Position numbers and translations under genes: made by a program | Shown here: one piece after another, positions 27,069 through 39,974 of the stretch | Layout: each line of letters opens with the position of its first letter | Position numbering within the stretch: the first letter of the stretch is position 1 | The notes under the pieces: model-generated | What the model saw: the letters and a program-made list of their open reading frames with translations, nothing else | What the model was told of the DNA's origin: nothing | Database searches by the model: none | Origin: Utricularia gibba | Taxonomy: Eukaryota; Plantae; Magnoliophyta | NCBI GenBank assembly: GCA_002189035.1 | Contig: NEEC01000024.1 | Span: 62,001 to 126,000 of the forward strand | Direction: 5' to 3' | Length of the DNA: 64,000 nt

Positions 27069-27856
27069 ACCCGTCCATATGCACAGATTATTCCGTCCTC
27101 TCGTAAGCTGTAGGGTTTGGTCCCCCTTTCAGCGGCGTCTCGTTGCACTTCGCCCGAGTTGTCTTCCCTTTGTGCTGATCTTATCTGAGCCAATAGATCC
27201 GTGGTTACCCTGATCATGGCCACATCTGCATCTGTCCATATCCCCATTCGCGCTAGTTCTCTAGATAAGTCTTCGTTCGCCATCATTCTGCTTAGTGCGT
27301 CAGCCACCACGTTGGCCTTCCTAGGGTGATAGTTTACCTCGAGGTCATAGTCTTTGATGAGCTCCAGCCATCGCCTTTGCCTCATGTTCAGTTCCTTCTG
27401 GGTGAAGATGTACTTCAAGCTTTGGTGATCCATGTATAGATCGCACCGTGCTCCATATAGGTCGTGCCGCCACACCTTTAGTGCATGTACCACCGCTACT
27501 AATTCCAGATCGTGTACGGGATAGTTCTTCTCGTGAGGCTTTAATTGCCGCGAGGCATAGGCTATCACATGCCTTTCTTGCATTAGTACCGCCCCAAGGC
27601 CTATGCCACATGCGTCGGAATACACGGTGTAGTCCTTGCCAGGTTGTGGTAGTCTTAGCACAGGTGCCATGGTCAGTTTTTCCTTGAGTTGATCGAATGC
27701 CGCCTGACATTGTTCCGTCCATGCGAACTTGGCGTCCTTCCTTGTGAGACTCGTTAGTGGTGTGGCTATCTTGGAGAAATCCTGTATGAATCGTCTGTAG
27801 TACCCAGCTAAACTCAGAAAGCTGCGTACCTCACTTGCGGTTCGGGTACCGCCCAT
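27044..27856 (-). pseudogene. RT connection / RNase H, frameshifted at both ends
   Basis: [61 protein letters not shown]. Confidence 0.92.
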
Positions 27857-28875
27857 TGGACCACTGCTTCTACCTTCCTCGGGTCGACTTCTACTCCCTT
27901 CTCACTGATCACATGTCCCAGAAAGGAGATGCTTCCCAAGCAAAAGTTGCACTTACTCTTTTTCCCGTATAGCTGTTTCTCTCGCATGCGCCCAAGTACC
28001 GCCTTGAGGTGCCTGCGGTGTGTCTCCAGGTCGGGTGAGTAAATCAGGATGTCGTCGATGAAAACCACCACGAAGTTGTCTAGGTAGGGCTGGAACACCC
28101 TATTCATCAAGTCCATGAAGACTGCCGGTGCGTTGGTGAGGCCGAAGGGTAGTACCATGAACTCGTAGTGCCCGTAGCGTGTCCTGAAGGCTGTCTTGGC
28201 AATGTCTCCTTCTCTGATCTTGAGTTGGTGGTATCCAGATCTTAGATCTATTTTGGAGAATACCGTCGCCTCCCTTAGTTGGTCGAACAGGTCTTCAATG
28301 CGAGGGAGGGGGTACCTATTTTTGATGGTGATCTTGTTCAGCTCTCTATAATCCACGCATAGCCTCATGGTGCCGTCCTTCTTTCGTACGAACAGCACTG
28401 GCGCTCCCCATGGGGAGTGGCTGGGTCGGATGAACCCCTTCTCTAATAGATCGTCTAGCTGTCTTCGGAGTTCCTTAAGTTCGGCGGGGGCCAGGCGGTA
28501 AGGTGCTTTGGAGATAGGTGTGGCACCGTCCACCAGTTTTATCTGAAATTCTAGTTCTCGGTCGGGCATGCTCCCTGGCAGTTCGTCGGGAAATACGTCT
28601 TCATACTCTGTTAGTGAGTTTCTGGTTTCCTCATCAGTCTCAGTTGGAGTTGAGGTGGCGTAGGCCACCACATAGTGATCTTCGGGGCCGTTTATTTCTC
28701 TGTCCCGGCGCACGCCGGCGTTTACGGCATATTCCCATTGTGTTCCCTGCTCATCCTTCCACCCGATTGTCCTAGAACCACATCCGATGCATGCAGAGTG
28801 CATGCACAGCCAGTCCATTCCCAGTATGATTTCGAATTCTGCCATGTCTATTGCTATTAGGTCGGCCTTGGTCAA
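27814..28875 (-). pseudogene. Reverse transcriptase
   Basis: [60 protein letters not shown]. Same frame as gag-PR but separated by an in-frame TAG at 28879-28881. Confidence 0.95.
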
Positions 28876-28878
28876 CGA

Positions 28879-30129
28879 CTAGCCTATGTTCAGCATGATC
28901 CCCTTGTATAATCCTGTTCCTGCTAGCTCACCACCCCCTGGTGTTCGTACCCTGTACCTATGGTCTTGCCCTTTCCCTAAACCTATGCGCTCCACGCAGG
29001 CTCGCGAGACGAACGAATGTGTGGCCCCGCAATCAAACAAGACCCGAATAGGATGTGAGTTGAGGGCAAAAGTACCTGCGATGGCATTGACATCTTGCTC
29101 TGCGTTGTCCCTGGTAAGATGGAATACACGAGGTCGACCAGTGCCAGTGGTACGGGGCATAGGTGTGGTTCCCTTCTTCTCTGTTACCCCTAACTTCTTT
29201 GGGCATTCCCTTGCAAAGTGTCCAATTTCCCCACAGTAAAAGCACCCGCCCGTCAGTAGGCGGCACTCTCCTGAGTGTGCTCTCCCGCACACTGCGCACG
29301 CCGCTCGTTGGGCCGTAGCGGGTCCGGCTGGTGCTGCTACTACCTTCCGCACGCCGTCTTTGCTCCTCTTTCCCAAGACCGCATCTCTCCTCTGGAGTTC
29401 AGTTTCTACCGCCACGGCTGTAGCGACTAGGTCGGTTAACCTATTCTCCCTAGCAGATATCACTCTGTCCTGGATGCGAGGGGCCAATCCCCTATGGAAT
29501 CTCAGCATCTTCAGCGTCTCACTTGCGGCTATGCCCGGGTCGTATCGCAGCAGCTTCTGGAATCGCCCATGGTACTCATGGACAGTCTCTCCTGGCTTCT
29601 GCCCAATGGTGTCGAACTCCGTGATCTTCTGTAAGATTACTCCCTCTAGTACATACCATTCATTGAAGATCGCCTTGAATTCTTCCCACTTCATGCCATC
29701 CATCGTTGTGGGGCGATGGCTCCGCCACCAATGTGCTGCATCTCCAGTGAGGAGGAAACTCGCCACTGACGCCTTTAGCTGGCTGGGTATTTTCCCCAAG
29801 AACATGTTTTGTTCTATCTCGGCCAGCCATGTTTCTGCTTGCTCCGCGGTGCCTCCCTCATATGTGGGTACCTTTGCCTTCTTCAATTTCCAGTAGTATT
29901 CACGTACCTGCCCCTCAATGGTCAGGTTGTTCAGCGCTTGGGGCCTACACCCTTGGTGAATGACTGTGCCTAGCATCTCTGCAAATTTTGCCATGGTCTC
30001 TATTCCTTCTGTGCCATTGTTGCCATTTGTTTGGCTCCCTTGTTCGCCTTCGTTTTCTGGTATGGTACCATCCCCGCCCCTATGTTCCTGGTTCCCTCCC
30101 TGGATAGAGCTAACCCTAGTTCTAACCAT
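28879..30129 (-). pseudogene. Gag + aspartic protease
   Basis: Gag motif FLLTGDAAHWW, zinc knuckle CFYCGEIGHFAREC, protease LFDCGATHSF. Likely start ATG at 30129 (MVRTR). Confidence 0.93.
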
Positions 30130-30249
30130 TGCTGCCTGCACAATGCTCTTGTTAGTTCTCGTTAGCTCATGTGTTACCTCGACTTGCGGATGGCGGGGAT
30201 GGCCCAAGCAGTGTTCTACACTTTCCTATATGGTCCGCCACGAAACCTC

Positions 30250-30261
30250 GCTCTGATACCA
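30250..30261 (-). promoter_or_regulatory. Primer-binding site (initiator Met tRNA)
   Basis: TGGTATCAGAGC on the minus strand, 2 nt after the LTR end ...GTTACA (30264). Confidence 0.93.
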
Positions 30262-30263
30262 TT

Positions 30264-31720
30264 TGTAACGATCCTTGACAACACCCTAGTCAGGAGGACC
30301 ATCACCACGCACGTCTGGTGGTATGATCGCGCAGCACACTCCGCCGGAGAGGCTTCCCGTGCTGCGCGTCCTGCGCACGCGTGGTACTGCCTCGCCCGCA
30401 CATGCCTTAAGGCCTCGTCCTTCCTCATGCAGGGTCCTTGGCCGAGGGAGCTTAGTATAACGCGAAATAACCGACCTTTATTCATAATGATCAACTAGTC
30501 CAAGTAAAGGAGGAGTGCACGAAAACATCAAGAGAATTAGAGAGAGTTCGGTGGTTGCACTCTAATCGCGTTGTTCCCAGGACTCTACTACTCGGCCGCT
30601 CCACCCTCGCCATCCGCCCCTCCTATCCCTCCCAATGACTCATCCCCAGCAGTACCTACATGACCAGTAAGGGGTTAGCCTATTGTACTATGCGCAAGCA
30701 AGTACAATACGTGAGACTAGCCTTTAGTCACAAGTCCTATGCGCAAGCAAGATTTAAGAGGGGGTTTTCACAAGTAGTGGCTTTCTACTCTAAAGAAATT
30801 ACTAAAGATTCATGAGACAAATTCTACACTAAAATGCAACAAAATACATAGATCAGCATTTTTTGGAAATTTAAAAATTAACTATTTCACTTAAACTGAA
30901 AGTTAATCATGCTTAAAAGAAACTTAAACAATTTCAGGTTAATGAAAACATTCAAACGAGTTCATGTTCTAGCAATTAATGTAAACTGAACGAGTAGGTT
31001 GCAAAAGTGCAGAAATGAAATGCAGGAAATAAAAAGTTCTTTCAATTCTCCAAATCAGTTCTTGCGCAAGTGTCAACTTCTTCTTATTACACTGGTTCTA
31101 AAAGTTTGTTGGGAAGGTTCCAAGTGCTCTGCTACTGTTCTGAGCGATGGAGATGGTTAGAGTGTCACTCTGGAACTGCTTCTGTCGTCTTCTTCACACA
31201 GTCACATCTCTATTCTATAGGCCTCAAGGCATTGGAGATGAGTTCTGCTGTCACGCTAGAACTATCCCTCCTTCATCTTCTTCCCTTAAACTGGTTCGAA
31301 GTCATCGGAAAAGCCTCTCCTTGTGTTTGAAATCTCCATCCTCTCTCTACTCGATTGCGCCTACCCTTGTTGCGTGCCTTGGGGAGGCATAGCTTCCCCT
31401 AGCTCCTTGTTTCCAGCTGGGTTTCTTATCTCTTCGCGCATGCATATGTATAATTCCCATTTTTCCCCTAGACTAATAAATACTATGCAGAGTGATCAAA
31501 ATATGTGGCCCAGCCCAAATAGACTAGCCATTCCTGAGCCTAGATGAACAGTAAGTTCACCCCAACAAGCAGATCGATACAAAATAGGCCCAAAACATGT
31601 TTTTACATAGTAAATTTACTCACACTAATTTTGACGTTTTTACCTATTCTAGCTCACCTAAATCCTTATCCTAACACTGAAAAAGAACACGAATTCTACC
31701 AACTTTGACACAACATCAGC
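30264..31720 (-). repeat. 5' LTR of the 26-31.7 kb Tekay-like element
   Basis: CA terminus adjacent to the PBS; non-coding. The distal end is not sharply identifiable. Confidence 0.7.
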
Positions 31721-31744
31721 AATCTAATCGTAACCCATGCTGTA

Positions 31745-32420
31745 TGGAATCCTCCACTTTGGATGACATAGGCGTGGGTATTGGGTAGCCATAGCCGACG
31801 CCCATATGTGATTCAGTGGTGCATTTAAGAAATTCCATGTCAGCGTGGGTTATGGTTACCCACTACAATATTTTAAAGTTGTATTACTCATCAGTCGATC
31901 TTGAGGTTTTATTTTGGATTGAGTGCATTTTTTATGTTAAATTTGTATTATCACATATGAGCGCGGATTAGCTGTAATCCACACCCATATTTATAGGAAT
32001 TTTGAAATCTCCTACGGGCACAGTTTAACGATAACCCACATCCGTATGAAATCTGTTAACCCACCACTTAGCCAAATATGGGCATGAGTTACACATAACC
32101 GACACCTGTATGAGATTTTACTGGTGCGTTTAAGAAAATGCATACCGACGTGGGTTATTTGGATTAATTGATCCATAGGTCTTATTTGACTCGAGTGCAT
32201 ATTTTTCTATTTGAATATTATATCACGCTCGACCCTTAGGTGTCATTTGGATCAAGTGTATATTTTTTATTTTAAAATTGTAATACAATCGATCCTACGG
32301 TGTTATTTCGATCGAGTGCATATTTTTTTATTTTAAAATTGTGTTATACTTCAATCCTAAGGTGTTATTTGGATTGAGTGCATTTTTTTTATTTTAATTT
32401 TGTATTACGCATCATTGTAT
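31745..32420 (+). repeat. Array of ~60-bp hairpin modules (GGCGTGGGTTAT/ATAACCCAC type, then CTCGAYCC..GGATCGAGTG type)
   Basis: Modules start at 32229, 32289 and 32351 (spacing 60, 62). CGCTCGACCCTTAGGTGTCATTTGGATCAAGTG matches the 25.0/25.9 kb motif. Confidence 0.8.
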
Positions 32421-32999
32421 TTTTAGAAATATTTTGGATCGATTGATGTGAGACTATGACAATGAAACAAGCAATCATAATGTATTAAAAATTATACAAT
32501 CTAAACAGGCAAGAAAACATTACATAATACAAAAGGTGGCAATCCAAGAATGTTGATCCATTGATGTAAAATCAGCAAGACAAATGCCAACCATGTACCA
32601 TGTGTAAAGACATGGCCACCCTATGAGATTCATGCACCTGGTGTAAGGACTAGGGCACTCATGTCATACTAGAGCTCACTATGGGCGGGCAGGGCTGTGG
32701 GTATGGTCCTAGCGACAACGGTGAGCATAAGGGCTCGACGGGTGGAAGGCCACCCATGCGTACCATGTGCAAGGGCACGGACCCCTAGCAGAGAGGATGC
32801 ATTCAAATATGAGATGAGGACAAGGATAGCGGAGACGGAACATATGAGATGGATGCCACGAAAGGGTGTAATAGAGGGAGTTTCACATAGATTCATATTA
32901 GTGTGGTAGATGGGATGGAAAATCCTACAAAGGACTGACTGATGTTGCGTCATATTTCAAAGTATTTGAGTCAATTTCAGTGTTAGAGTATTAGGATTA

Positions 33000-33810
33000 T
33001 ATGAATTCGAATAAAAAAAGGTCAAAACGTGTGTTAGTCAAGATATTTTCGATAAAAATGCGATTTGGGCCATTTTTTCCTTAGTCCAAGTTCAAGGTGG
33101 TTTTATTGTTCCTCCAAGCCCATGTACGTCCAGCTCATTTGGGTTGGGTCGCATTGTCTGTCCAATCTGAAAAGTTGTTATGAGTACATCAGCAAAACGA
33201 GAATTACAGGTCTGAATGCGGAGGAAAAATAAGGTTGGCAAGAAAAAGGCAAGAAAATCGCAACAAATGCAACTAACTATGACTGAGACACGAGACTAGT
33301 GTGAATAATGAAAGGAAAAGATTTGCTGCCTATATAATTCCTTTCGTTCCAGAATATTTCAAGCCGCGAACAGAGACTTCTTCTGTTTTAGAGAGATTTT
33401 CTCTCCCAAGATTTCGGCGATTGGAGTGGAAGTGAAGATGAAGGAGAGGCGTTCTAGCGTGACACTTCATCAGAAGTGCAGGTGAGACCCAAATGAAAGA
33501 GAAGGAGGCTTGGGAACCTACAGTTTGAGAAGAAGAAGACACGAAGAACACAAAACTAGAGAATCGAACAAACATTTTACTTTTCTTGCAAATCTTATTT
33601 CTTGCATCAATGTTTTCATCATCTCATTTACGTACTATATTATTTGCTTTTACTTCAAAAAACAGTAGAAGCCTTGCATTGATTTAAGATAGAGTAGAAA
33701 CCACTTCCAGAAAACCCCTCGTTTAATTCTGCTTACACATCAAACCAACAACTAAAAATTGTTTGCTCTCTATAGATCGACCTGGACTTACTGCTGCTAC
33801 ACTAATTTCT
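33000..33810 (+). repeat. Probable Athila-type LTR fragment
   Basis: CTATATAA box, purine-rich then T-rich segment, and a ...CTCTATAGATCGACCTGGACTTACT... tail resembling the GTTCGACCCT tail of the other Athila LTRs here. No termini found. Confidence 0.4.
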
Positions 33811-34889
33811 TAATGAATGAAATGTGGTTTTTTTGTTCAGTTTATATATTTCTTTTGATGGGGAAAACCTTTAGACTTGCGATATCTACAAAATTTTCCA
33901 TCTGTCACTCACACAAGGGAATAGAACCGTGGAAGTGTATTGGCAAGAAATGAAGGTGTTGATGATTCGAGCCAATATAATATAAGATAGGAAAGGTACA
34001 ATGGCAAGATTTCTGTATAGTTTGGTAGAGTGGCGGAAGAGAATTTGAAGACCCTCCCGCCTAAGGAATCACCTCTATTTATTTACTGTGTTGATAAAGT
34101 GTTTATCAAAATACAGTAGGCAGTGAGTCGAATGCTGTTTGACATGAGATGTCAGAATAAATATGTGGGGGTTCATGAGATGAGCTGACCGAACATGTAA
34201 CGCTGAATAACATGTGCATGGTATTTTACATATGTCAACACAATGTTATTCAGATTGCTTTATGGAAATCCTTCGACTTGAGGTTTCATTGTGTCTTATA
34301 TATTATTGCCTTAGATTTGTTACTATTTAGGCTTGTTGAAATATACAAGTCAGCGATAGTGATGGTCTAAGTTGATAGTATATGAAGATCTTTGAATAAC
34401 CAAGATGGGATTCATTACTCCGGGTAAACGGAGATGAGACTTCAGATTTCCTGATTGTTTCGTCGGGTAAATTCCTGGCCAGGTTGTCGAGATGTTGGAA
34501 TGAGATTCCAAGTTCTCGTTTTGCCTTCGAAACATGTGTTCAGGATAATGTTGATGATCTAGATTAAATGGAATTTGACTATCCATGATTCCATTCCAGA
34601 TCGAAGTCTTCAATGAAGGGATATTCATAAGAATAGCAATCAAGGTTCATTATTGAATATTGGATATAGTTTTAATTGGGTAAAGACAATATTCTATGCT
34701 CGGCATCCCTTGTATTTTATGAGAAACACGATATCTTGGGACAATATCGTTGTTAGAGAAATGAGATTTCTCACCTCTCATTGCCGATTAAAAATGAATC
34801 TAGTAAGTCACACACAAAGAATTAGAAGTTGTCCGAGACGCTTGTGATTCAAGTTTTGGTAGACTCTAGCATGTCTTTGAATTTGGATC

Positions 34890-35450
34890 ACATGTTGGTT
34901 AAACATTGGTTATATGGGCCCAAGCCCATATAGGTAACCAAGGCTCAAATAATATGGGCTGATGATTTGGGCCGCTAGGCCCAAGCCCATATTATTAGCC
35001 ACATTGAAATGCATGCCGCATTAAAATGCGTGCCAATACTAGGCTATAAATAGGAGGCAGTTGGCTTATTTCCTAAGGTTTTGGAGTTCTTCTTCTGGGA
35101 AGAGGTGTTCAAGCTCTGAAAGAGGAAAAGCACTTTAGGAAGAAACGAGACCGGTGAATAGCGATAGGAAGAAGAGAACTCGACTCTGGTTTCGAGTTTG
35201 GTAATTTTCCTCCGCTTATTCCACGTGTTTCTTCTGTGTTGATAGTTAGTGTTGATATGAGATATTAGCATTGGCTTTATTGTGTTTTCCCAATATGTTG
35301 ATTCAAGAGTTGAGTTAAGTCTTGATGTTAATATGAGATATTAGCATCAGATGGATGTATATTCCATGAGATGGTCTAAACATATTTTGGGCAAAATGTA
35401 TGTGATACATTTGTTGGTTTAACCTAGTCGGATTTATTTCTAGTTCGTGT
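34890..35450 (+). repeat. LTR-like promoter fragment (clustered TGGGCC/GGCCCA motifs followed by CTATAAATAG)
   Basis: Motif layout typical of a Gypsy LTR U3/R region; no termini or PBS. Confidence 0.45.
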
Positions 35451-35663
35451 GGATGAGCTAGAGGCATCGTTGTTTCGGTGCTATAAGCGATATGAGATAT
35501 CGTTGGTTATGAAAAGGGAAAAATTTTTGTTTTTCCCACCCTCCGCTGCGTGTAACCCAATAGTGGTAGTTTTTGTTAGTGATATGACAACGTTCACATA
35601 AAAAACAATAATAATGTTTTATTTTTAACATCACTAGCGTAAAATAAATAAACCCGTTGGTTA

Positions 35664-35952
35664 CGCCTAACCTACGTGCGTATTTTCGTATTTGTTGAAA
35701 AACATTTAAACACATTCAATCTAAACCAACAAGGAAGGTCGAGCGCTGTGGGAATTTTTCCAGCATTAATACCACGTAATTTATCCATTCGATCCAAATG
35801 TGCCGTAAATATTGAACGCTCTAATATTTATTCCACGAATTTTGGATGTATTATTTAATGCATTCGAGCTACTTGGCGCGTGAGGATCGAGCGCTTTTTT
35901 ACCGTTAGCCAATCGATTCATACACATCGATAGTGGCGAACGGGAGCACAAA
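35664..35952 (+). repeat. Inverted, diverged copy of the region upstream of the 43.9-45.6 kb gene
   Basis: Colinear with the reverse complement of ~45722-46020: ACGTGCGTAT, CAACAAGGA.GGT.GAGCGCT, ACCACGTAATTTAT, GGATCGAGCGCT, CCAATCGAT.CATAC. Confidence 0.8.
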
Positions 35953-35959
35953 AATTTAG

Positions 35960-37070
35960 TTTTACTGCCTAGTTTTATATTTTTGCGCATAAACACCGTG
36001 ATTGTGTTATTTTAGTCTTAGTTGGGACTAAATGGTAGATTTAGTCCCAACCTTCTAATAGTTTTATTCGAGTAATGCAGTGCAGGTCACAACACAAATC
36101 CCAAGGAGCCGAATATGCATAGTGTAGTGGCAGAAGATGAATCCAAAAGTCTGAAAAGTGGTACACACAAAATCCAAGGAGGAAAAAGGGAGATTTTGGA
36201 CAAAAGGAGGGAAAGTTGGAGAGAGAAGGCAGATCTCCCATTGGAGACTCACGACAAGTTTCTGGAGATTTTTCTGGAGGAAGAAGAAGGAAGGGAACGA
36301 CGAACCAGAAGAACACAGCTTTTCCTTGAAGATTTATTTTCGTTTTTTATGCTTACTGTTCCTAGCTAAGACTAGATTTGGATTTCCTGCATGAACAAAT
36401 TGTCTTTTCTACTTCTGCTATATATTGCTCATTGTTGTTTAGCTTTGAAACAAGGATATTGCTTAGGATATGCTATGAAAACGTTTTCCTTTACCTTATC
36501 ATGAGTGGCTAAGCACTTAGGGGGTCCCTTGGGGTGAAAAGGGGAGAAATATGCTAATCCATCCTTAGACCTAATGAACCATCAGTCACACCACTTCCCT
36601 AACAAACCAGGATAGATCCAGGAGGGGGAAATAGTGAAATCCAACTTGACAACCCTAATTAGAGGTAGACCAAAGATTAGGGGGAAAAACAAGTATCCGG
36701 GTAGACCTGGATCTTGTGAGTTAGTTGTATGATTTATGATTTATGTGAGCTTGTTTAGTGATAGGCATATATTCCCTAGGAGTCCCAAGGTATCACCCAT
36801 TCCATTCCAAAAACTACCGAATCCCAAAACTTGTTACTTTTCTTTACTGCATTCCATTGTAGTTCTGTCTTATTCCTAATTAAGACCAAATTTTACCAAC
36901 GTGACACTAGTTTCATGCTTTGACTAATCACTTGACAAGCACCTGCTCTTCGTGTTCGACCCTGATCACTATGCTCATTATTGTTTTATGCTAGAATGTA
37001 TATTAGGTTATAAATTTATTTGATAGGAGAAATTTTCATTTAACGACATTGCATAATTTTTCGTTTATCA
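35960..37070 (+). repeat. Athila 5' LTR (left end uncertain)
   Basis: Homologous to 39975-40360 and 41099-42236; CA terminus before the PBS. Confidence 0.85.
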
Positions 37071-37073
37071 AAT

Positions 37074-37091
37074 TGGCGCCGTTGCTGGGGA
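37074..37091 (+). promoter_or_regulatory. Primer-binding site (tRNA-Asp)
   Basis: TGGCGCCGTTGCTGGGGA, one mismatch from the Athila-type TGGCGCCGTTGCCGGGGA. Confidence 0.9.
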
Positions 37092-37257
37092 GTGGTGTTT
37101 AATTGTTTTGTGATTCGGTTGATGCATTTGCGTTCTTCTGGTGCATGTGATCTTGTTTTTCACCCTGCACAAGAGTACTATCAGCAAGAACCACACAAGA
37201 GTGAGAGAAGCAGCAAGGTTGAGCAGACTCCCTACTGTTACTCAAGCTAATTGCAAT

Positions 37258-38950
37258 ATGGCAAAACAGGAGAAGACCCTGAATGAGCTTGATGCAGCCG
37301 ACCATACATACAGAGGGCTGTGTATTAGGTTCTCTGCACAACCAACGAATTAAAGCCAGCTATGATTAATTTTATGCCCAAGTATTATGGAAAAGTGGGT
37401 GAAAACCCTCATGAACATCTTGATAATGTCATTGTTGTTTGCACCTCTTTCAAGAGTGCTGGTATGACTGAGGATGCCATCTGTTTGAGGGCATTCCAAT
37501 TTACATTGGAAGGAAGTGCAAAAATGTGGTTCAACTCTTTGAAGCCTGGAAGTATCACAGATTGGATTGGTATGAAGAAAGTATTTCTTAGCAAATATTT
37601 CCCTGCTTCAAAAGCTGAAGGAATAAGGAAGGAAATCAGTGATATTGAGCAGTCAAATGGCGAATCTTTACATGAATATTGGGAGCGTTTTAATCACTTG
37701 CTAGGCTCCTGTCCACACCACGGATTTCAGACCAATGCATTGGTCAAGTATTTTTATGATAGTCTTCTATGCATAGATACAGCCATGGTGGATTCTGCAG
37801 CAGGTGGGTTTTTGAGAAAAAGACTCCCACAGAAGCTCTTGCATTGCTTGAGGAGTTGGCCGAGCACTCCAGACATATAATCACAAAACATGCCTCGAAT
37901 AGAAGGGTTTATGAACTGGAATGCAAGCCAAAGTCATCAGAAAGTGAGTTGACGAAAATGTGGCAGCCACAATGAGATGATGAAGGAACTATTTTTATTC
38001 CAAGCTAAGAATATGCCTTGCAGGAACTGCCACAGAATTGGAAACATTGCTGATAAATGTCCCGAATTGATGGAGGAAGAACATGTGAAAGCAATGGGAT
38101 ATTTGGAGCCACAAAGGAAGAAATATGATCCCTATTTGAGCACCTACAATCTTGGATGGAGGGATCATCCAAATTTCAGATGGAATAATAGTGATAATTC
38201 TTACAAGGGTGAGAGTTCATCAGTTGGACAGCAAGGATTTCGGCAAAATTTCCAGAAGCAGCAGCAACGTTCTTATCAAGCTCCACCATTTCGCAAGCCA
38301 AACTAGTAGATGCAACAGCAATTTCAGCCTCCAAACCAGAATAATTCTGGAGGAAATTCTGGAAGTTCATTGGAGGATATTTTGAAGACTTTCATGACCC
38401 AATCAATCAAAAACCAAGGTGAGAACCAACAAGCTATCAAGAATCTTGAAATTCAAGTTATTGAGCTAGCAATAGAGGTTGGGGAGCTGAAGCAAAAAGG
38501 AAGCCTGCCGTCGCAAGCCAAACAAAACCCCAACTCTAGGGGAGGACAGAATATCAGCGCAATGACATTGAGAAGCGGAAAAGAAAAACCTCGAAGAGAA
38601 TTAGTCTAACCTAAGAGTAATTTAGAGACGGCAGAAGAGCCTGAAGTTGAGGTGGAAGGAGATGCTGAAGAACAAGAAGTGGAGATTGCTACTGAGCCTC
38701 TTGTGGTAAAAGTAACCCCAACACCATTTCCAGGAAGGCTGAAGGCGAGAGAGGAGCAAAATGAAAAAGAAAAGATGTTGAGAGCCTTGGGAAATACCCA
38801 ATTAAATTTGACATTGCTCGAGTATATTGACTTGGTGCCCAAAAGTGTGAAGTACCTGAAGCAGCTCTGTATGTCAAAACCAAAATTGAAGGAAAAAGGC
38901 AAGGTGAAGTTGAGTGAGAGTTGTTTCAGCCCTTTTGACTTGGAAACTAC
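37258..38950 (+). pseudogene. Athila gag, multiple stops and frameshifts
   Basis: GENPHEHL, LRAFQFTLEGSAKMWF, SLHEYWERFNHLLGSCPHHG, STYNLGWRDHPNFRW, ISAMTLRSGKE, split over several ORFs. Confidence 0.88.
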
Positions 38951-39974
38951 CTAAAAAACTTAAGGACCCTGGAACATTTTTTATTCCTTGCAAAATAGGT
39001 GACCTGAACATTAGGAGAGCCATGGCTGACCTGGGAGCCTCCATAAACGTGATGTCTTTTTCTGTATATGAGACTCTCAGGTTAGGACCTCTACAAGCCT
39101 CCGGAGTGCAAATTGAGCTTGATGACCGAAGAGTTATTTCTCCAAAAGGCTTGGTTGAGGATGTTCTTGTGAAGATTGAGCAGCTTGTGTTTCCAGTAGA
39201 CTTCTATGTGGTAAATATGCGTGCTGGAAGTTTGAGGGATACAACCATCATCCTTGGAAGGCCATTCTTGAGCACTTCCAATGCCATAATTAATGTGAAG
39301 ATGGGCACAATTGAGTTATCCTTTGATGAAGAGAAGATTACGCTGGACATGAAAGAGGTGAACAATTATCCCAGCGATTTTGAGAGTGTATGCTCAGTGG
39401 ACGTGATGGATAAATTGGTTGAGGAGCATATTAAGAAGGCTATCCAAGAGAAGGAAGAGGAACATGAAGAATCATTTTTTGCAAGGGTAGAAGCCGAAAG
39501 GGGTTCAGAACAAGTGAATGCTGTGCAAGTCAAGACCCTGGAGGAGAGGGAAGCTGAGTTGAAGCCACTGCCCACACATGTGAAGTACGCATTCTTGGAT
39601 GAAGAAATGAACAACCATGTTATCATCTCAAATAGTCTTAGCTTAGATCAAGAATCGCAACTACTGGACGTGCTGATTAGGAACAAGAAGGCGATTGGCT
39701 GGACTCTTGCAGATATTGAAGGCATCTCTCCTTCTATATGTATGCACGGGATTCTATTAGAAGATGGAGCAATGTCCGCCAGCCACAAAGGCGCCTCAAC
39801 CCAAATATGATGGAAGTGGTAAAGAAGGAAATTGTAAAACTTCATGATGCAGGTATAATCTACTCCATTATAGATAGCGAATGGGTGAGTCCAATCGATG
39901 TGGTGCTCAAGAAGACTGGTATGACAGTGGTAGAGAACGAGAAGGGAGAGATGGTGCCTCAAAGAATCCAAAAT
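38914..39974 (+). pseudogene. Athila protease and RT N-terminus
   Basis: KLKDPGTFFIPC, AMADLGASINVM, ILGRPFLST, QPQRRLNPNMMEVVKKEIVKL, SEWVSP; stops abruptly at VPQRIQN. Confidence 0.9.

Larger units (their letters stand above)
26060..31720 (-). mobile_element. Ty3/Gypsy chromovirus (Tekay/Del-like) LTR retrotransposon, 3'-truncated, decayed
   Basis: Order LTR, Met-tRNA PBS, gag, PR, RT, RH, INT. The integrase C-terminus, PPT and 3' LTR are absent. The far LTR boundary (~31.7 kb) is approximate. Confidence 0.93.

Noticed and set aside
33960-34880. Possible highly degenerate pol fragment
   Set aside because: Only faint peptide resemblance, with stops in all frames; cannot be supported without a translated search.
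35565-35645. TAGTG (35577) and CACTAGCGTAAAA (35632) as CACTA termini of the hairpin family
   Set aside because: No matching partner TIR or 3-bp TSD, and the homologous position near 46020-46060 lacks the motif.
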